A program made the position numbers and the translations under genes. From positions 72,426,442 to 72,490,441 of the forward strand of contig JAUZTB010000064.1 in assembly GCA_034780895.1 (NCBI GenBank): a DNA stretch of 64,000 nucleotides, read 5' to 3'. This document shows, one piece after another, positions 34,718 through 47,366 of the stretch (position 1 is its first letter; each line of letters opens with the position of its first letter). The DNA is from Rhynchobatus australiae. Taxonomy: Eukaryota. The notes below the pieces were generated by a model. The model made no database searches, had not been told where the DNA came from, and worked only from the letters and a program-made list of their open reading frames with translations.

Positions 34718-37057
34718 GTAAGATTTCCTGACCTTCGATCAAAAATATATTTTCTTATCTAATCTATGGTTTAGGGTTGTATGATTAATATTACAAATAT
34801 TCCTAATAAGTCCTAATAGTTTGACAAATGAGGTAAAAATTTCCTCTGACCTTGTGGTAGAAAACCATTATACCTACAGTTGTTTATAAAATTCATTAAT
34901 CTGTTAGAGCTTACAATACATTAGAATTATTTATATTAACAACACTTATGAGCATTGAGAGGAATTCAGCAAATTAACTTAAGCAAAAGTAGTAATAATT
35001 TTGAAACAAAANNNNNNNNNNNNNNNNNNNNNNNNNNNNNNNNNNNNNNNNNNNNNNNNNNNNNNNNNNNNNNNNNNNNNNNNNNNNNNNNNNNNNNNNN
35101 NNNNNNNNNNNNNNNNNNNNNNNNNNNNNNNNNNNNNNNNNNNNNNNNNNNNNNNNNNNNNNNNNNNNNNNNNNNNNNNNNNNNNNNNNNTTATTCCTTA
35201 TATTTGACATCTTTGTGTCATCAATTTTTAGTGTTTGATGCCTTAACTTGGAATTTTTTTTTAATTGCCAACGATCTGTCACTTACATATAGCATCGGCT
35301 TCTGGCCGGCTCACAGTCAGATAACTAGGAACCAAGAAAAATCAATACTCACTTTCCATTACTAAGACACCTAACCAAGGACAATGAAAAACATCAAAGT
35401 AGAAAACAAGTAAATTGTAAACCTGTAGCCCATAAACCCACTGATAGTTGCTTCTTCCTTATTACATGCCAGTCCTTCCTTAAGAAGGAAGTTCCCAACA
35501 GAATGCAGAATAATGATGCAAATTAGGAAGCATTACATCCATAAGTATGGTTCTCATTGAAAAAATGTTGACAATTTAATTTGATATAATTAATTAACTA
35601 AGTAACGGGCATCTGCATTCCTGAAGCCTTGGGTTTGTTGAAGTGGAAGTCTGGAAGCTCTGGTGACAGTTGGAGTAACTTATTTCATTGTCTTAATGAG
35701 CTTCTGTCCTTTGGTCAAGCTAATCTTTCATCCATCATTTGACAAAGGCATTTTTCTCAACATTTTTCTTCCTATTAGTCACATGTATGGGATCCAGCCA
35801 AGCACATAGTGATGAAGTAGAGTGTTTTGTTTGCAGTAGTCTGCACCAGTAATTTGANNNNNNNNNNNNNNNNNNNNNNNNNNNNNNNNNNNNNNNNNNN
35901 NNNNNNNNNNNNNNNNNNNNNNNNNNNNNNNNNNNNNNNNNNNNNNNNNNNNNNNNNTAGTGATGAAGTAGAGTGTTTTGTTTGCAGTAGTCTGCACCAG
36001 GAATGTGAGGGAGAAGATTCTGCATTGTTTCCTTTTGAAGACTTAACTCTTTTTGTTGTATATAGCTAGCAATGTAATCTCCAAGTACTGTCTACTTGAG
36101 AAATTGGTTCTAGCAGAGAGCCACGTGCCATGTGCATTACCAGCACTAATCATTGAGAACATGAAGTCTTGGGGTTGCATTTGAAAAATTAAATGACTCA
36201 TCTTCATTAATATGTTAGGATAAATTTTCATTGTCCAAGTTGAAACCTATTTTCAGCCAGTCTAAATAATTTTTGAAAAGTAGATCACAGCCTCAGTTTT
36301 CTGATTGGAGACATTGAAGTAGTGGAGATTGCTATTAACAAACCCAACAATATTATGGTAAAGTTAAGATATACAAATATGATTACTGTTATAAAGTTAT
36401 TAATGCTAAACATGGAAAGAGAAAAGGTAAAAGAGAAAACCATATTGCTTACAACTTCATTTTAGAAGTATGAAGTTTATTATAGTGGAAAACTTCTAAT
36501 GGACCAATAGATAAATTCATTATTTGTGTTGTATTGAATCTTACAAAGCAGAAAACTCTACCTTCAGTTCCTAGTCAAAAAAATCACTGCTGCTGGTCTC
36601 ATTGCACCTGTCCCAAAGAGGAGAAGAAAACCATGAGCCAAGATTAATCCTAAATCAAAATGGAAACTTGGAATCAACCAAAAAAAATTCTAGAAATATT
36701 CTGCAGGTCAGACAGCATCTGTGAAAGTAGAAACCTAATTAATGTTTTGGGTCAATAATCTTTCATCAAATTATATCAGGATTACNNNNNNNNNNNNNNN
36801 NNNNNNNNNNNNNNNNNNNNNNNNNNNNNNNNNNNNNNNNNNNNNNNNNNNNNNNNNNNNNNNNNNNNNNNNNNNNNNNNNNNNNNNNNNNNNNNNNNNN
36901 NNNNNNNNNNNNNNNNNNNNNNNNNNNNNNNNNNNNNNNNNNNNNNNNNNNNNNNNNNNNNNNNNNNNNNNNNNNNNNNNNNNNNNNNNNNNNNNNNNNN
37001 NNNNNNNNNNNNNNNNNNNNNNNNNNNNNNNNNNNNNNNNNNNNNNNNNNNNNNNNN

Positions 37058-38330
37058 CCACCACACATTCAGTCCATTCCAGATTCCAGCCACCCTCTGG
37101 GTGAAAACATTCTTCCTCAGATTCCTTCTAAATTTTTTTCCCCTTTACCCTAAACCTATTTCCTCTAGTTTTTAATACCTCAATTATGGAGAAAAGTTTC
37201 CTACTCTCTCTGTACCCCTCATAATTTTGTATACCTCAATCAGGGCACCCCTCAGCCTCCTCTGCTCCAAGGAAAACAAAGTTAGCAAACTCAATCTCTC
37301 CTCATGTGTGAAATGTTTCATTAAAAAACATTGTTTTATAAAACTGTACCATAGCTCTGCTCTTATATTACATGCTCTGACTAATCAAGGCTAGTGTCCT
37401 ATGTGCCTGCTTATCAACACGTTCCTGCAACCTTCAGTCATTCTTAGATTTGTACACCAGGACACCTCTGTTCCTCAGTACTCACTAGGGTCCTACTATT
37501 CATTGTTTGTCCTTCCCTTATTAGTCCTCCCAAAATGCATTATCTAACAATTACAAGGATTAAGTTGCTCTGTTCNNNNNNNNNTGATCAATATCTTCCA
37601 GTAACTTCACTATCAACTGCCCCTCCAGTTTTGGATTTGCATCTGCAAACTTACTAATGATACCATCTACATTCATATCCAAACTGTTAATATATATGAT
37701 AAACAGCAAGGATCCCAGCACTAATTCCTGTGGTACACGACAGGTCACAGGCTTCCAGTCACTAAAACAGCCCTCGACCATCACCTTCTGCTTCCTATCA
37801 CCAAGCCAATTTTGGATCCAATTTGCAACTTGCCTTGGATTCCAGAGGCTCTAACCTTTAGGATCTGTCTCCAGTGTGAGACCTTATTAAATGTCTGACT
37901 GAAGTCGATGTTGACCAGGTCGAATTCAGTGCCATCATTAATAAATGTTACCTCTTAGGGGGGAAAAAAAAATCACAGTGCTCAGATAGGATCTCCCCTG
38001 AACAAAACCATGCTGACTACTTTATACTACATGCTGCCTTTCCAAGTGTAGATTAACCCTTGGGACTTTTTCCCATACTTCCTGACCATTGACATTAGAT
38101 TCATGAGCCTGTGGTTAGCAAGCTTTTCCCTGCTACTCTTCTTGAATAAAGCTACTGTCACCTATGGTCAGTGAAGATGTAAAAATCTCTGTCAGTGCTC
38201 CAGCATTCTCCTTCATTGATTCGCTTAGTAGCCTGGGATACATTTCAACAGGTCCTGGTGATTTATCCATTAGCAAACCGTCCTGCAAGGATGTTAGTCC
38301 TATTGTGGTTCTGGTGTAACTCATCCAGCT
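37058..38330 (-). mobile_element. CR1 LINE ORF2 fragments
   Basis: DKSPGPVEMYPRLL and WKPVTCRVPQELVLGSLLFIIYINSLD..ISKFAD on the - strand. Confidence 0.85.
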
Positions 38331-38888
38331 TGTATAGGTCCCACCTTCCCCAGAGATACTGACAAATTCAGGATGTTACCTGTTATATTCAAGTAGATTC
38401 ATTACTGTAATCTTAGTATATGTTCTGTACTACAATATTAGAATAACTAAATATTGCCAATATAGGGCATATTAATGCTGGTGGTGTACATGTTAAGTGT
38501 TAAATGCAAAGTGCACAATGTAATTATGTTTTAGGGGCCTGCTATTTCTTATAAAGCTTAACTGACATTTTAATGAAAGCAATGTGTTGAAACTTTAACC
38601 TACTGAAACACAAACTGCAACATAGACTGTAATTTCAACACTGACCCAACAGCTAGTGATGTCATTGTGAATAAAAGTTTGAGCTACCTTTTGCTCAATG
38701 TCAATAAATTTCACTCATATCTCTGAATAGACTTTTGGCAATTACATCAAAGAGCAGTGTTTAAAAACAATGCAGTAACACAATGGATGGCCTTCACCAG
38801 CTCCTGGGCATTTGAATCTGGTATTGTTAATCTTGATTACTTTACTATTTTTCTTTTTTTTTTCATTACTTTTATTTTAAATCACTAG

Positions 38889-38975
38889 TACCAAAAACTG
38901 TCATTGGCCTGCATGTGTGAAGCCTGGGAAGATATTTTAATGCAAATGGACTTGAGGCTGACAAAGTTTGTGCAG
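38889..38975 (+). CDS. ANAPC4: ANAPC4 exon (YQKLSLACMCEAWEDILMQMDLRLTKFVQ)
   Basis: tag|...CAG|gtcagt; CMCEAWE motif; phase 0 to 0. Confidence 0.97.
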
Positions 38976-39984
38976 GTCAGTACTGATGTAAACAATTCTA
39001 TTTCAGCTGTGTGATGTATTAAATAATAATCCAAAAATACCCTGCAACAGACGACTTGGTATTGTTAGTCTGTAATGCAATACGTGTTTAAGATGTGTGC
39101 CCCACACGTGCTTAAAATTGGAAAAGAGGTTGCAATTAAATGATCACAGGAAGATCCACCTGCACTTGAGGGGAATTGTGCAGAAGCTAAATGGCCCAAC
39201 TGTGTGAACACCAGGAGTCCGATCTATGTGACCTTTTCACAGAGTCTTTGTTTTTTGCAATATGTATGTGACCAAGAAGAATGTTGGTTAGCCTTAGTTG
39301 CATGTTCAGTATAATTCAGTCAGTGAAGAGGACCATGGCCCATATAAGTAATGTACATTAGATACTCCTGGTACTTCAAACTATGATATCCAGAACATTA
39401 TTCCACCATGTAGTCCTTCATCAGTAATAGAGCAGGTTCAGGTTGGTATTTACCATTCATCTCCAATTCTTTAGCATTCAAATCAGTGAAAATCGCAATG
39501 GTCAACCAAGAGGATGGAACTAACAGGAAATGGGTTTTTCTCTGTTGCCTGAGTGTGGGACCCTGATCGTCTCCAAAGTCCATATGATTTTCACAGTGCA
39601 GTTTGTATTTTCAGCTGAGAAACTGCTAATTGAGTGGATTCATCCACAGTAGAAAAGGGAGAGATTCCTCATCAACTCCATGATTCCTGATATCTGATTT
39701 TAACATCCTTTTTAATTTAATCTTCACGTGTGTGTTGCTCCAAGACCAGCCAAAATATTACAACTATGGTATTTTAAAAAAAATAAGCAAATCCTCTACT
39801 TTTCTGAGATCTTTCTAAACAAACAAAAATCCTTCATGATTAAACATTTTTTAAAGAAAGCTTTTTGCTTGTCCGTATCAGAGAGCAGTTAAGTGTTTCA
39901 TTAAGTTCAAGTGGAGGGTAGCCCTTTATTAAATCACTGCGCAATATTATCAACTCAACTGTGAACCCCCAAAAAATACTGTAT

Positions 39985-40355
39985 CTGAGAGCACCTCATA
40001 GAAACATTTAGAATGTTGAAAGGACTGGACAGAGCAGATGTGGTTAAGCTGTTTCCCCTGGTGGGTGAGTCCAGGACCAGAGGGCACAATCTTAGAACCA
40101 GAGGGTACCGGTTTAAAATGGAAATGTGGAGAAATTTCTTTATCCAGAGGGTAGTGAAATTATGGAATTCTTTGCCATGTATAGCTGTGGAGGCCCAATC
40201 ATTGGGGGCATTTAAGGAAGTTGATAAGTATCTAATTAGTCAAAGTATCAAGGGATATGGGGATAAGGCTGGAAATTGGGGCTAGATAGGAATAGTATTA
40301 GTTTAGCTCATGGAGCAGACTCGATCGGCCGAATGGCCTACTTCCGCTCCTTTGT
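39985..40355 (+). mobile_element. CR1/HER1 LINE 3' end
   Basis: KLFPLVGESRTRGHNLR...NFFIQRVVKLWNSLP, followed by a ggccgaatggcctact tail. Confidence 0.9.
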
Positions 40356-40502
40356 TTTTAATACAAGATCACAAGACAATGTAAAAACACAACAATGTTC
40401 TTACCCAGCTCTCAAATGAACAATAGGCACATGTGCTATCCATGCTGGTCATATCATTGCTTTCTTTCTCTTTCTTGCTCCCCTTCTCTCTCCACTATCC
40501 AG

Positions 40503-40715
40503 CCTCTCCCAGAACCTCCTCCCTCCCCTGTTCATCGTCGGTCACCTGTTTCAGCAAAAAAGCTGGAGGACGCTGATGACGATGACGATGACGTTGTTTC
40601 AGAATCGATGGATTCATCTGTCTCTATCAGGATGTCTCCTTCACGTGATGGGTCAAAGGAACATATTCTATTTGTGGAAGTTCCAGATGAAGAAGAAAAA
40701 AAGTCAGAAAAGTGA
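40503..40715 (+). CDS. Candidate alternative terminal exon of ANAPC4 (70 aa, Pro/Ser-rich then acidic)
   Basis: About 40-nt polypyrimidine tract plus cag at 40500-40502; phase 0, compatible with the upstream FVQ| donor; open for 70 codons to TGA; ATTAAA at 40756-40761. Confidence 0.6.
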   Translation, partial: PLPEPPPSPVHRRSPVSAKKLEDADDDDDDVVSESMDSSVSIRMSPSRDGSKEHILFVEVPDEEEKKSEK

Positions 40716-42006
40716 TACTGCTTTGGATTTACATTTTGTTTTGTTACAATTAGCAATTAAAAAGTGAGCTTCACGAGTTATTAAGAATTAGGCTCAGAGT
40801 GATGTTGCATCTTAAAGAACAAGTTGCATTTATTCAGCATATTTCACATCTCAGGATGACCTAAAGTGCTTTACAGCTAATTAAGAAATTCTTAAGTCTA
40901 GTCACTGTCATAATTTGGAAACACACTGTATAATCTGTTTTAGGTGTTGGTTAGTGTTAAATCTATTAGGGAAATCCAGCACAACTGTCTTCTGCAGTTG
41001 CTAAAATGGTCACATATTTTAGCAAGGAAAATCTAAATGTGTCTGTGTGTAGGAGATCCAAGAAAACACTTATAGAAACCAGTGTCACAGACAGTGCAAG
41101 TATCAAGAAGTCAACACAATTAAACATATACAGCACTTCTTACCTTTGCAGCTCATATAAAGCCAATCCTAGATATGATTCACCAATGAATTTACTCATA
41201 AAAACAACTTGTATACATGGACATGTCACTTAAAATACCTTATTTACATTCATACATACATATTGCACAGCAGATATGCCATACACATCATTAAAGAGAT
41301 ACAGGAGCAGATTCCTGTCCATGGTGGTGGCACTTAAAAAAACCACATAGAACTTAATTACACACAAAGTTCTTTATAAATATGGCTCACATGTACTAAA
41401 CTGCGACACATAAAACAGCTCACCACACTGCACATTGATAAATGTCCATAGAATAGGTTACACTAACATACACAATTCACATACAGGCATTATTGTTGAT
41501 AGTGCTAATGTGTATCATGATCATATAATAATTCTCATTCAGTATGACTCAATTGTTTGTAGTTAATTAAATTNNNNNNNNNNNNNNNNNNNNNNNNNNN
41601 NNNNNNNNNNNNNNNNNNNNNNNNNNNNNNNNNNNNNNNNNNNNNNNNNNNNNNNNNNNNNNNNNNNNNNNNNCAAAAACTAGTCAAAATATTAAACGTT
41701 AATTATAAATGTTATTGAACTGTTTTCTTTAAAATGAAAAGCACCTAAAATAAATATGTTTAAACTAACCCAATGAATTCAATAAGTTTAAAATGCCCAA
41801 CTATTGCCTTTCTGTCTCGCAGCCATTCCTTTCCTGCTAGCCAAGTTTTCCACTCTTATCCCATTCATTGCTTATAACTCTAATGTTCTACATGGAAATT
41901 AACTTTGCTATTTCCATTGCAATGTAATAGCCTATATGGCAATGATAGTCCCAGGTGTGAGATTATTTGCTACAGAATCTTCAATTGTAATTATTTTTCT
42001 GTTTAG

Positions 42007-42071
42007 GAAAAAAATACTCAAACTTCAGTGCAGGAAGAATTCATGCAGCTGCTGATGTGGGGTAAAGCTAG
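42007..42071 (+). CDS. ANAPC4: ANAPC4 exon (EKNTQTSVQEEFMQLLMWGKA)
   Basis: tag|...AG|gtaagt. Confidence 0.96.
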
Positions 42072-43219
42072 GTAAGTTTGTTAAGTCACTTAAACATTAT
42101 AACAAGAATCTGTTTAAAATAACACATGAATGTTCACAATAATTTATCTGGAACTCACATTAACATTCATGTTAGTTAATGACAAACTATTTCAATACCG
42201 TTTGAATATCTGTAAAAATTGGCATGTAGCATGCAGATTCTGTTTCCATTTGATTTGCAGTTTTGGCGTGTTTACTCCCATAATGGTTGGTTGTCAGGGC
42301 TGCTGTCAAACTTCAGATGATTGTCTTCATTGCTTTATAGCTCCATTTATTTGTAACTTTTGTAAATTTTCTTCAATCCAAGTGTCTCCAGATCTTCTTA
42401 CTTTCATCTGCAACCCTGCCACCAACTTTAAGGCGCTTTGAAATATTATTTCTAACTTTGATTCTTCTTCTTTTACTTTTAGTGCCTTCTTTTTAAGCTC
42501 CTGTTTAATCAATTCATTATATTTTATCAGGCCAGCTGCTATTGATGCTGATTTTATTTAATTAATTTTCAAGAAACCTGTTCTGAGATTAAAAATCAAT
42601 TTTGTTTAACAGCCGAGGGATGTTGTTTACTTCCCCCGAAGTTCAAATTAATTTCTGGGGCTGCCTGCCAAAGTTAAGTTTGATTAACTAATTTATATGG
42701 TTTTCCTTTCTTATGATAACTTACCATAACTTTTAGTAGTCAATCTACCAAAGGCTCACTTTATTTAATTTTGGATACATGTTTCCTCGATTTTATTTAG
42801 ACTTCAAATAAGAGATTTTAGTGATTTTAGTTTTTATTTTATTTAGTATGTTAATATTGGTGAGACCATTATTTGGAACTAAGTGCCAGTCTTCTGCTTT
42901 CCTTGCCTTAATCTTCCATTTGTTAGCTTCCATTGTCTATAATAGATTTTTTTTATGTGGTTGCTTTCATCCTCCTTTTCAAATTTCTTTTATGTAATTC
43001 CACTGCCTCTACTCATGTATTAAGTTCCACCTGTTTTAACTCTGCTTGATTTTTTCTGGTTCTGCACATTCAACATCTTTAGCTCCTCCATATCCATCCT
43101 TCTATTACTGTTCTTCGTGAATTCTTTTTTTCTTGATTAGTGATGGAGTCAAAAATTGACAAGTAATCAACATTTCTACATTATCTAGCTGTGACTAATA
43201 CAATTTTTCTTGTTTGTAG

Positions 43220-43262
43220 TCCAGAGTTGCAGTCTTTGCTTATGAACCAGCTAACAGTTAAA
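43220..43262 (+). CDS. ANAPC4: ANAPC4 exon (PELQSLLMNQLTVK)
   Basis: tag|...AAA|gtgagt. Confidence 0.96.
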
Positions 43263-43441
43263 GTGAGTATATTATACAATATAAATTAAGAATGAAATTA
43301 AAATCTTAACGTAGTAGTGATTATGAATATGCTAATAAAAGTGACTCTGGTAAAGATTATACTTCTTCACTTTGATACTATCCATTTTAGAGTCATCTGC
43401 AAACTTGCTAAACTTGNNNNNNNNNNNNNNNTTTAAAACAG

Positions 43442-43518
43442 GGTTTAAAGAAGCTTGGCCAATCCATTGAATCGTCTTATTCTAGTATCCAGAAACTAGT
43501 TATTAGTCACTTACAAAG
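43442..43518 (+). CDS. ANAPC4: ANAPC4 exon (GLKKLGQSIESSYSSIQKLVISHLQ)
   Basis: cag|...AG|gtagag; near-identical to vertebrate APC4. Confidence 0.97.
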
Positions 43519-44689
43519 GTAGAGCATCATTCTTTTAAATTGAGGAAGTGTTTATTATTAAATTACATTTCCAAGCTTTTATGCTGGACAATAGCTGTAA
43601 GATATGATTTGTCTTAACCTAAATGGTCTGAATCTAGCTGTTGCATTTTAAAATATTTTCAATATTTCATTTTTATGGCTGTGAACTAAACAAGTATGGA
43701 TTTTCCATTGTTCTTGCTTTGGGCTCATCTCTTTTAGGGCAATAATGTCATTTACTAGAAATATGCAGTATTGATGCTGTACAAATATCCAGAATTATAC
43801 ACATGATGAACATGAGCTTTTTAGCCTCCACCAGGAAGCAATTCCTGAATTGCTAAATGAATAGAAGTTTTAAAATCATTGGGGGTTTTCCACTACTTCT
43901 GGTATCTGGCATTTGCTATCCAAATTAAATTAACTGCAAGCACTGAAGTGGAATACAGCCGCAAAATGCAATCTAGGTATTAAAACAATCAGACCTCTCA
44001 GATGGACAAATACAAACGTAGTTATTTCAGTCATGGTATGATGGCTGTCACCTTTTAATAACAATGAAAGGTGATATACATTTAGTTTGTGTAAAACTAC
44101 CAACTGGAACAAATTGAGATTTAAAATGAAAGCAGTATTGTTTCTTCAAATAGTACATTTGAACCCAACCCAGCCCCCCCCCCCCAAACTCAACAGATGT
44201 CAAGTTAATAACTAGTTGAAAAAATAAAATGAGATCTGTAATGAATCTGTGAAGCATAGCTGCTCTGGCACTATTGAGTGTGGCTTTACTTGGCCAGTGA
44301 AAATGTTGCAGTCATTCATTGAAATGACATAATTGGCATCCATGCAAATGGATTGATCATCCCATTATATGGGAAGACTTAACAGCAGAAGGAATTCATG
44401 GCAATTAGGAAGGGAGAGCCATTTTGAATTTATTTCTCACTGCCAACATTTTTAAAAATTGGTTATGTGGGTAACACTGGAAAGGAGGGTTTATTTCCCA
44501 TCCCTTGGACTGGAGTCACATAAAGTCAAACCAGATAAGGATGATCAATTCAGCTCCTAAAAATACTTGGTGTGCCATTTGAGTTTTTACAACAATCTGG
44601 TAGCTTTCATGGCTGATACTGTCTGCAAAGTACAAGAATTATGGAAATCTGCCTCACAATTTGCCACAGTGAGAGTAAATTTAAGATGA

Positions 44690-44995
44690 GATATAAGATA
44701 TTTATTAGTCATGTGTACATCGAAACACACTGTGAAATGCGTCTTTTTGCATTACTGAGAATATGCTGGGGGCAGCCCGCAAGTGTCGCCACTCTTCTGG
44801 TGCCAACGTAGCATGCCCACAACTCCTAACCTGTATGTCTTTAGAAGGTGGGAGGAAACCGGAGCACTCGGAGGAAACCCACAAAGACACACGAGGAGAA
44901 CGTACAAGCTCCTTACCAACAGCAGCAGGAATTGAACCCAGGTTGCTGACGCTGTAATAGCATTACGCTAACCGCCACACTACCGTTCCGCCACG
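44690..44995 (-). mobile_element. tRNA-derived V-SINE/HE1-like SINE, near full length
   Basis: Reverse strand: ggcggaacggtagtgtggcggttagcgtaatgctattacagc...ggttcaattcc...gggtttcctccgagtgctccggtttcctccc. Confidence 0.85.
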
Positions 44996-45661
44996 TTTAT
45001 CACTCACTGCTGCCGTACATTGCAATTCCTTACTACATAAATTGGCATCCACCTTGGTTCAAAATTACATTATTGTGTCAAATTTACAGAAAGCAATTTG
45101 TGCACTTTAAGCTTTCATGAATACCAATTTGATGATCACAAGATAGTCTTTTCTGAGGTAAATCTCTGATCTTCAAAATAGTTAAATTGGGTTTTTTTTC
45201 ACCTGAGAAAGAGGATGGTTTAAGATCTCATCTGTAATTTGGAACCTCCAGTATTATAGCATTGCATAAAAGGCTAGTGTGAAGTCTTAAATTTTTTTTA
45301 TTGGGATTTGATCTCATAAACTTTTCAATAAAAGACGAGTGCTCCGAACTAACTCATAGTGAACACTAATTTCAAGATTGTAAAGGCTGCATAATAAATT
45401 CCATTATTCCATTTAAAGGGTGAAATATGAAACTGCTGATGTAACTCAAATTGAATGGTGATTCTTAAATAATGATTGTATGGCATATATAAAATTTCAT
45501 GCAGTTGGAAATAACAAGTTTTCGGCATCATAACTTTATTTTTTCAATTGCATCTTACTTTATTGGGCATACTTTCACGATGAAATATCAAGTTATGATG
45601 TGACTTTTTTCTTTTATCTTAATCTGTTTCTCTTATTTTTCTGTCTTACCTTCACACACAG

Positions 45662-45723
45662 TGGATCAGAGGCTCTTCTGTACCATTTAAATGAGCTAAA
45701 GGGGATGGCTATGTGGAAGCAGA
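45662..45723 (+). CDS. ANAPC4: ANAPC4 exon, truncated by an N gap (GSEALLYHLNELKGMAMWKQ...)
   Basis: cag| acceptor at 45661; runs into the gap starting at 45724. Confidence 0.95.
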
Positions 45724-45964
45724 NNNNNNNNNNNNNNNNNNNNNNNNNNNNNNNNNNNNNNNNNNNNNNNNNNNNNNNNNNNNNNNNNNNNNNNNNNNNN
45801 NNNNNNNNNNNNNNNNNNNNNNNNNNNNNNNNNNNNNNNNNNNNNNNNNNNNNNNNNNNNNNNNNNNNNNNNNNNNNNNNNNNNNNNNNNNNNNNNNNNN
45901 NNNNNNNNNNNNNNNTACAAAATGGCATCAACCTTTTTTGAAAGTATGCACTTCTAAGGCTGAA

Positions 45965-46245
45965 CAAGTAAGAAGGACGAGGGCAGCAAAAGCATGGGAA
46001 CACCAATACCTGGAAGTTGCCCTCCAAGTCGCACACCTTTCTGACTTGGAAATAGTTCGCCGTTCCTTCATCACCACTGGGTAAAAATCCTGGAACTCTC
46101 TCCCCAACTGAATTGGGAGTATACCCATACCTTAAGGACGGCAGCCTTTCAAAAAGGCAGCTCTCTACCACCTTCTCAAGAGCAACTAGTGATGGGCAAT
46201 TAAATGGTGGCTCAACCTGTGAGGCTCATATTCCTTGAATGAATA
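45965..46245 (+). mobile_element. LINE 3' end (CR1/L2-group)
   Basis: gcatgggaacacc...aagttgccctccaagtcgcacac...tcctggaactc...caccttctcaag...gatgggcaat motif series. Confidence 0.5.
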
Positions 46246-46339
46246 TTTAAGGAAAAAAAAAATCCTCATTCATTATGAATTATTATAATGCCTTTTCTAA
46301 TGATGGATCATACTGTTTTCATACCCACTTTACCCTATG

Positions 46340-46880
46340 CTTGCAAGACATGGACATTGTACAGCAGACGTGCCAGACCCATCTGTGCAGAATACTCCAC
46401 ATCCAAATTCTGTCCCAAACAAACCTCCCCAGCATTTATACATTGCTGAAAGAATTACAGATCCAGTGGGTAGGACATGTATGATGACAGAATACCAAAG
46501 CAGCTACTTTATGGAGAGCTGACTGAGGGCAAATGATCACATGGTGGACCAAAAAGATTCTTGTACCCTCAGAACATCCCTGAAGGGCTTCAACATTGAT
46601 GCATACCACTGGGAACAACAAACATTGGATTGTTCTGTTTGGTGTACCTACATGAAAAGCAGTGCTTGCTCATATGAGGAATCTAGAATGGAGGAAGCAA
46701 AGAGGAAAAGAGAATCTCAAAAATCGAGAACCACCAATGCTACAGTATCCCTACACCTCTGTCACCTGGGTGAAAGGAACTTTCAACCCCAGATTTGTCT
46801 AATCAGCCATCTTCAAACACATCAAAACACGACAGACTAGATGTCATGATCTTTTTTGAGGACAAGTGACGAACAACAGC
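46340..46880 (+). mobile_element. RTE (BovB-like) LINE 3' fragment
   Basis: LCRILHI...LPSIYTLL..QIQWVGHV, LYGELTEGK and SLKGFNIDAYHWEQ..LDCSVW, plus a terminal CHLGERNF..ISHLQTH zinc-finger remnant. Confidence 0.7.
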
Positions 46881-47314
46881 AGATTCCCACCAATGTTCAA
46901 CCTTATTGGAGCTAGTGCTGATTTATTCCAGGCTTATAATTAGGTATTATTTTTTAACGTAACAAACCATTTTTAGCTGATGAGACACTCCAGCAGTAAG
47001 CTCATTGACATTTTTTCAGTGCTTTTTGTTTGATTATNNNNNNNNNNNNNNNNNNNNNNNNNNNNNNNNNNNNNNNNNNNNNNNNNNNNNNNNNNNNNNN
47101 NNNNNNNNNNNNNNNNNNNNNNNNNNNNNNNNNNNNNNNNNNNNNNNNNNNNNNNNNNNNNNNNNNNNNNNNNNNNNNNNNNNNNNNNNNNNNNNNNNNN
47201 NNNNNNNNNNNNNNNNNNNNNNNNNNNNNNNNNNNNNNNNNNNNNNNNNNNNNNNATTAAATTTTGATGTTCTAATGATCAATACATAAATAAATCACTT
47301 GTTCTCTTTCAAAG

Positions 47315-47366
47315 ATGCCATAAATGCTGTGGGAACATTCATACTGAAAGCAAATGAGTTATTACA
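47315..47366 (+). CDS. ANAPC4: ANAPC4 exon (AINAVGTFILKANELL)
   Basis: aag|...CA|gtaagt. Confidence 0.95.

Noticed and set aside
40532-40756. Antisense Ser-rich ORF
   Set aside because: A shadow of the + strand Asp-rich frame; the splice and poly(A) signals favour the + strand.
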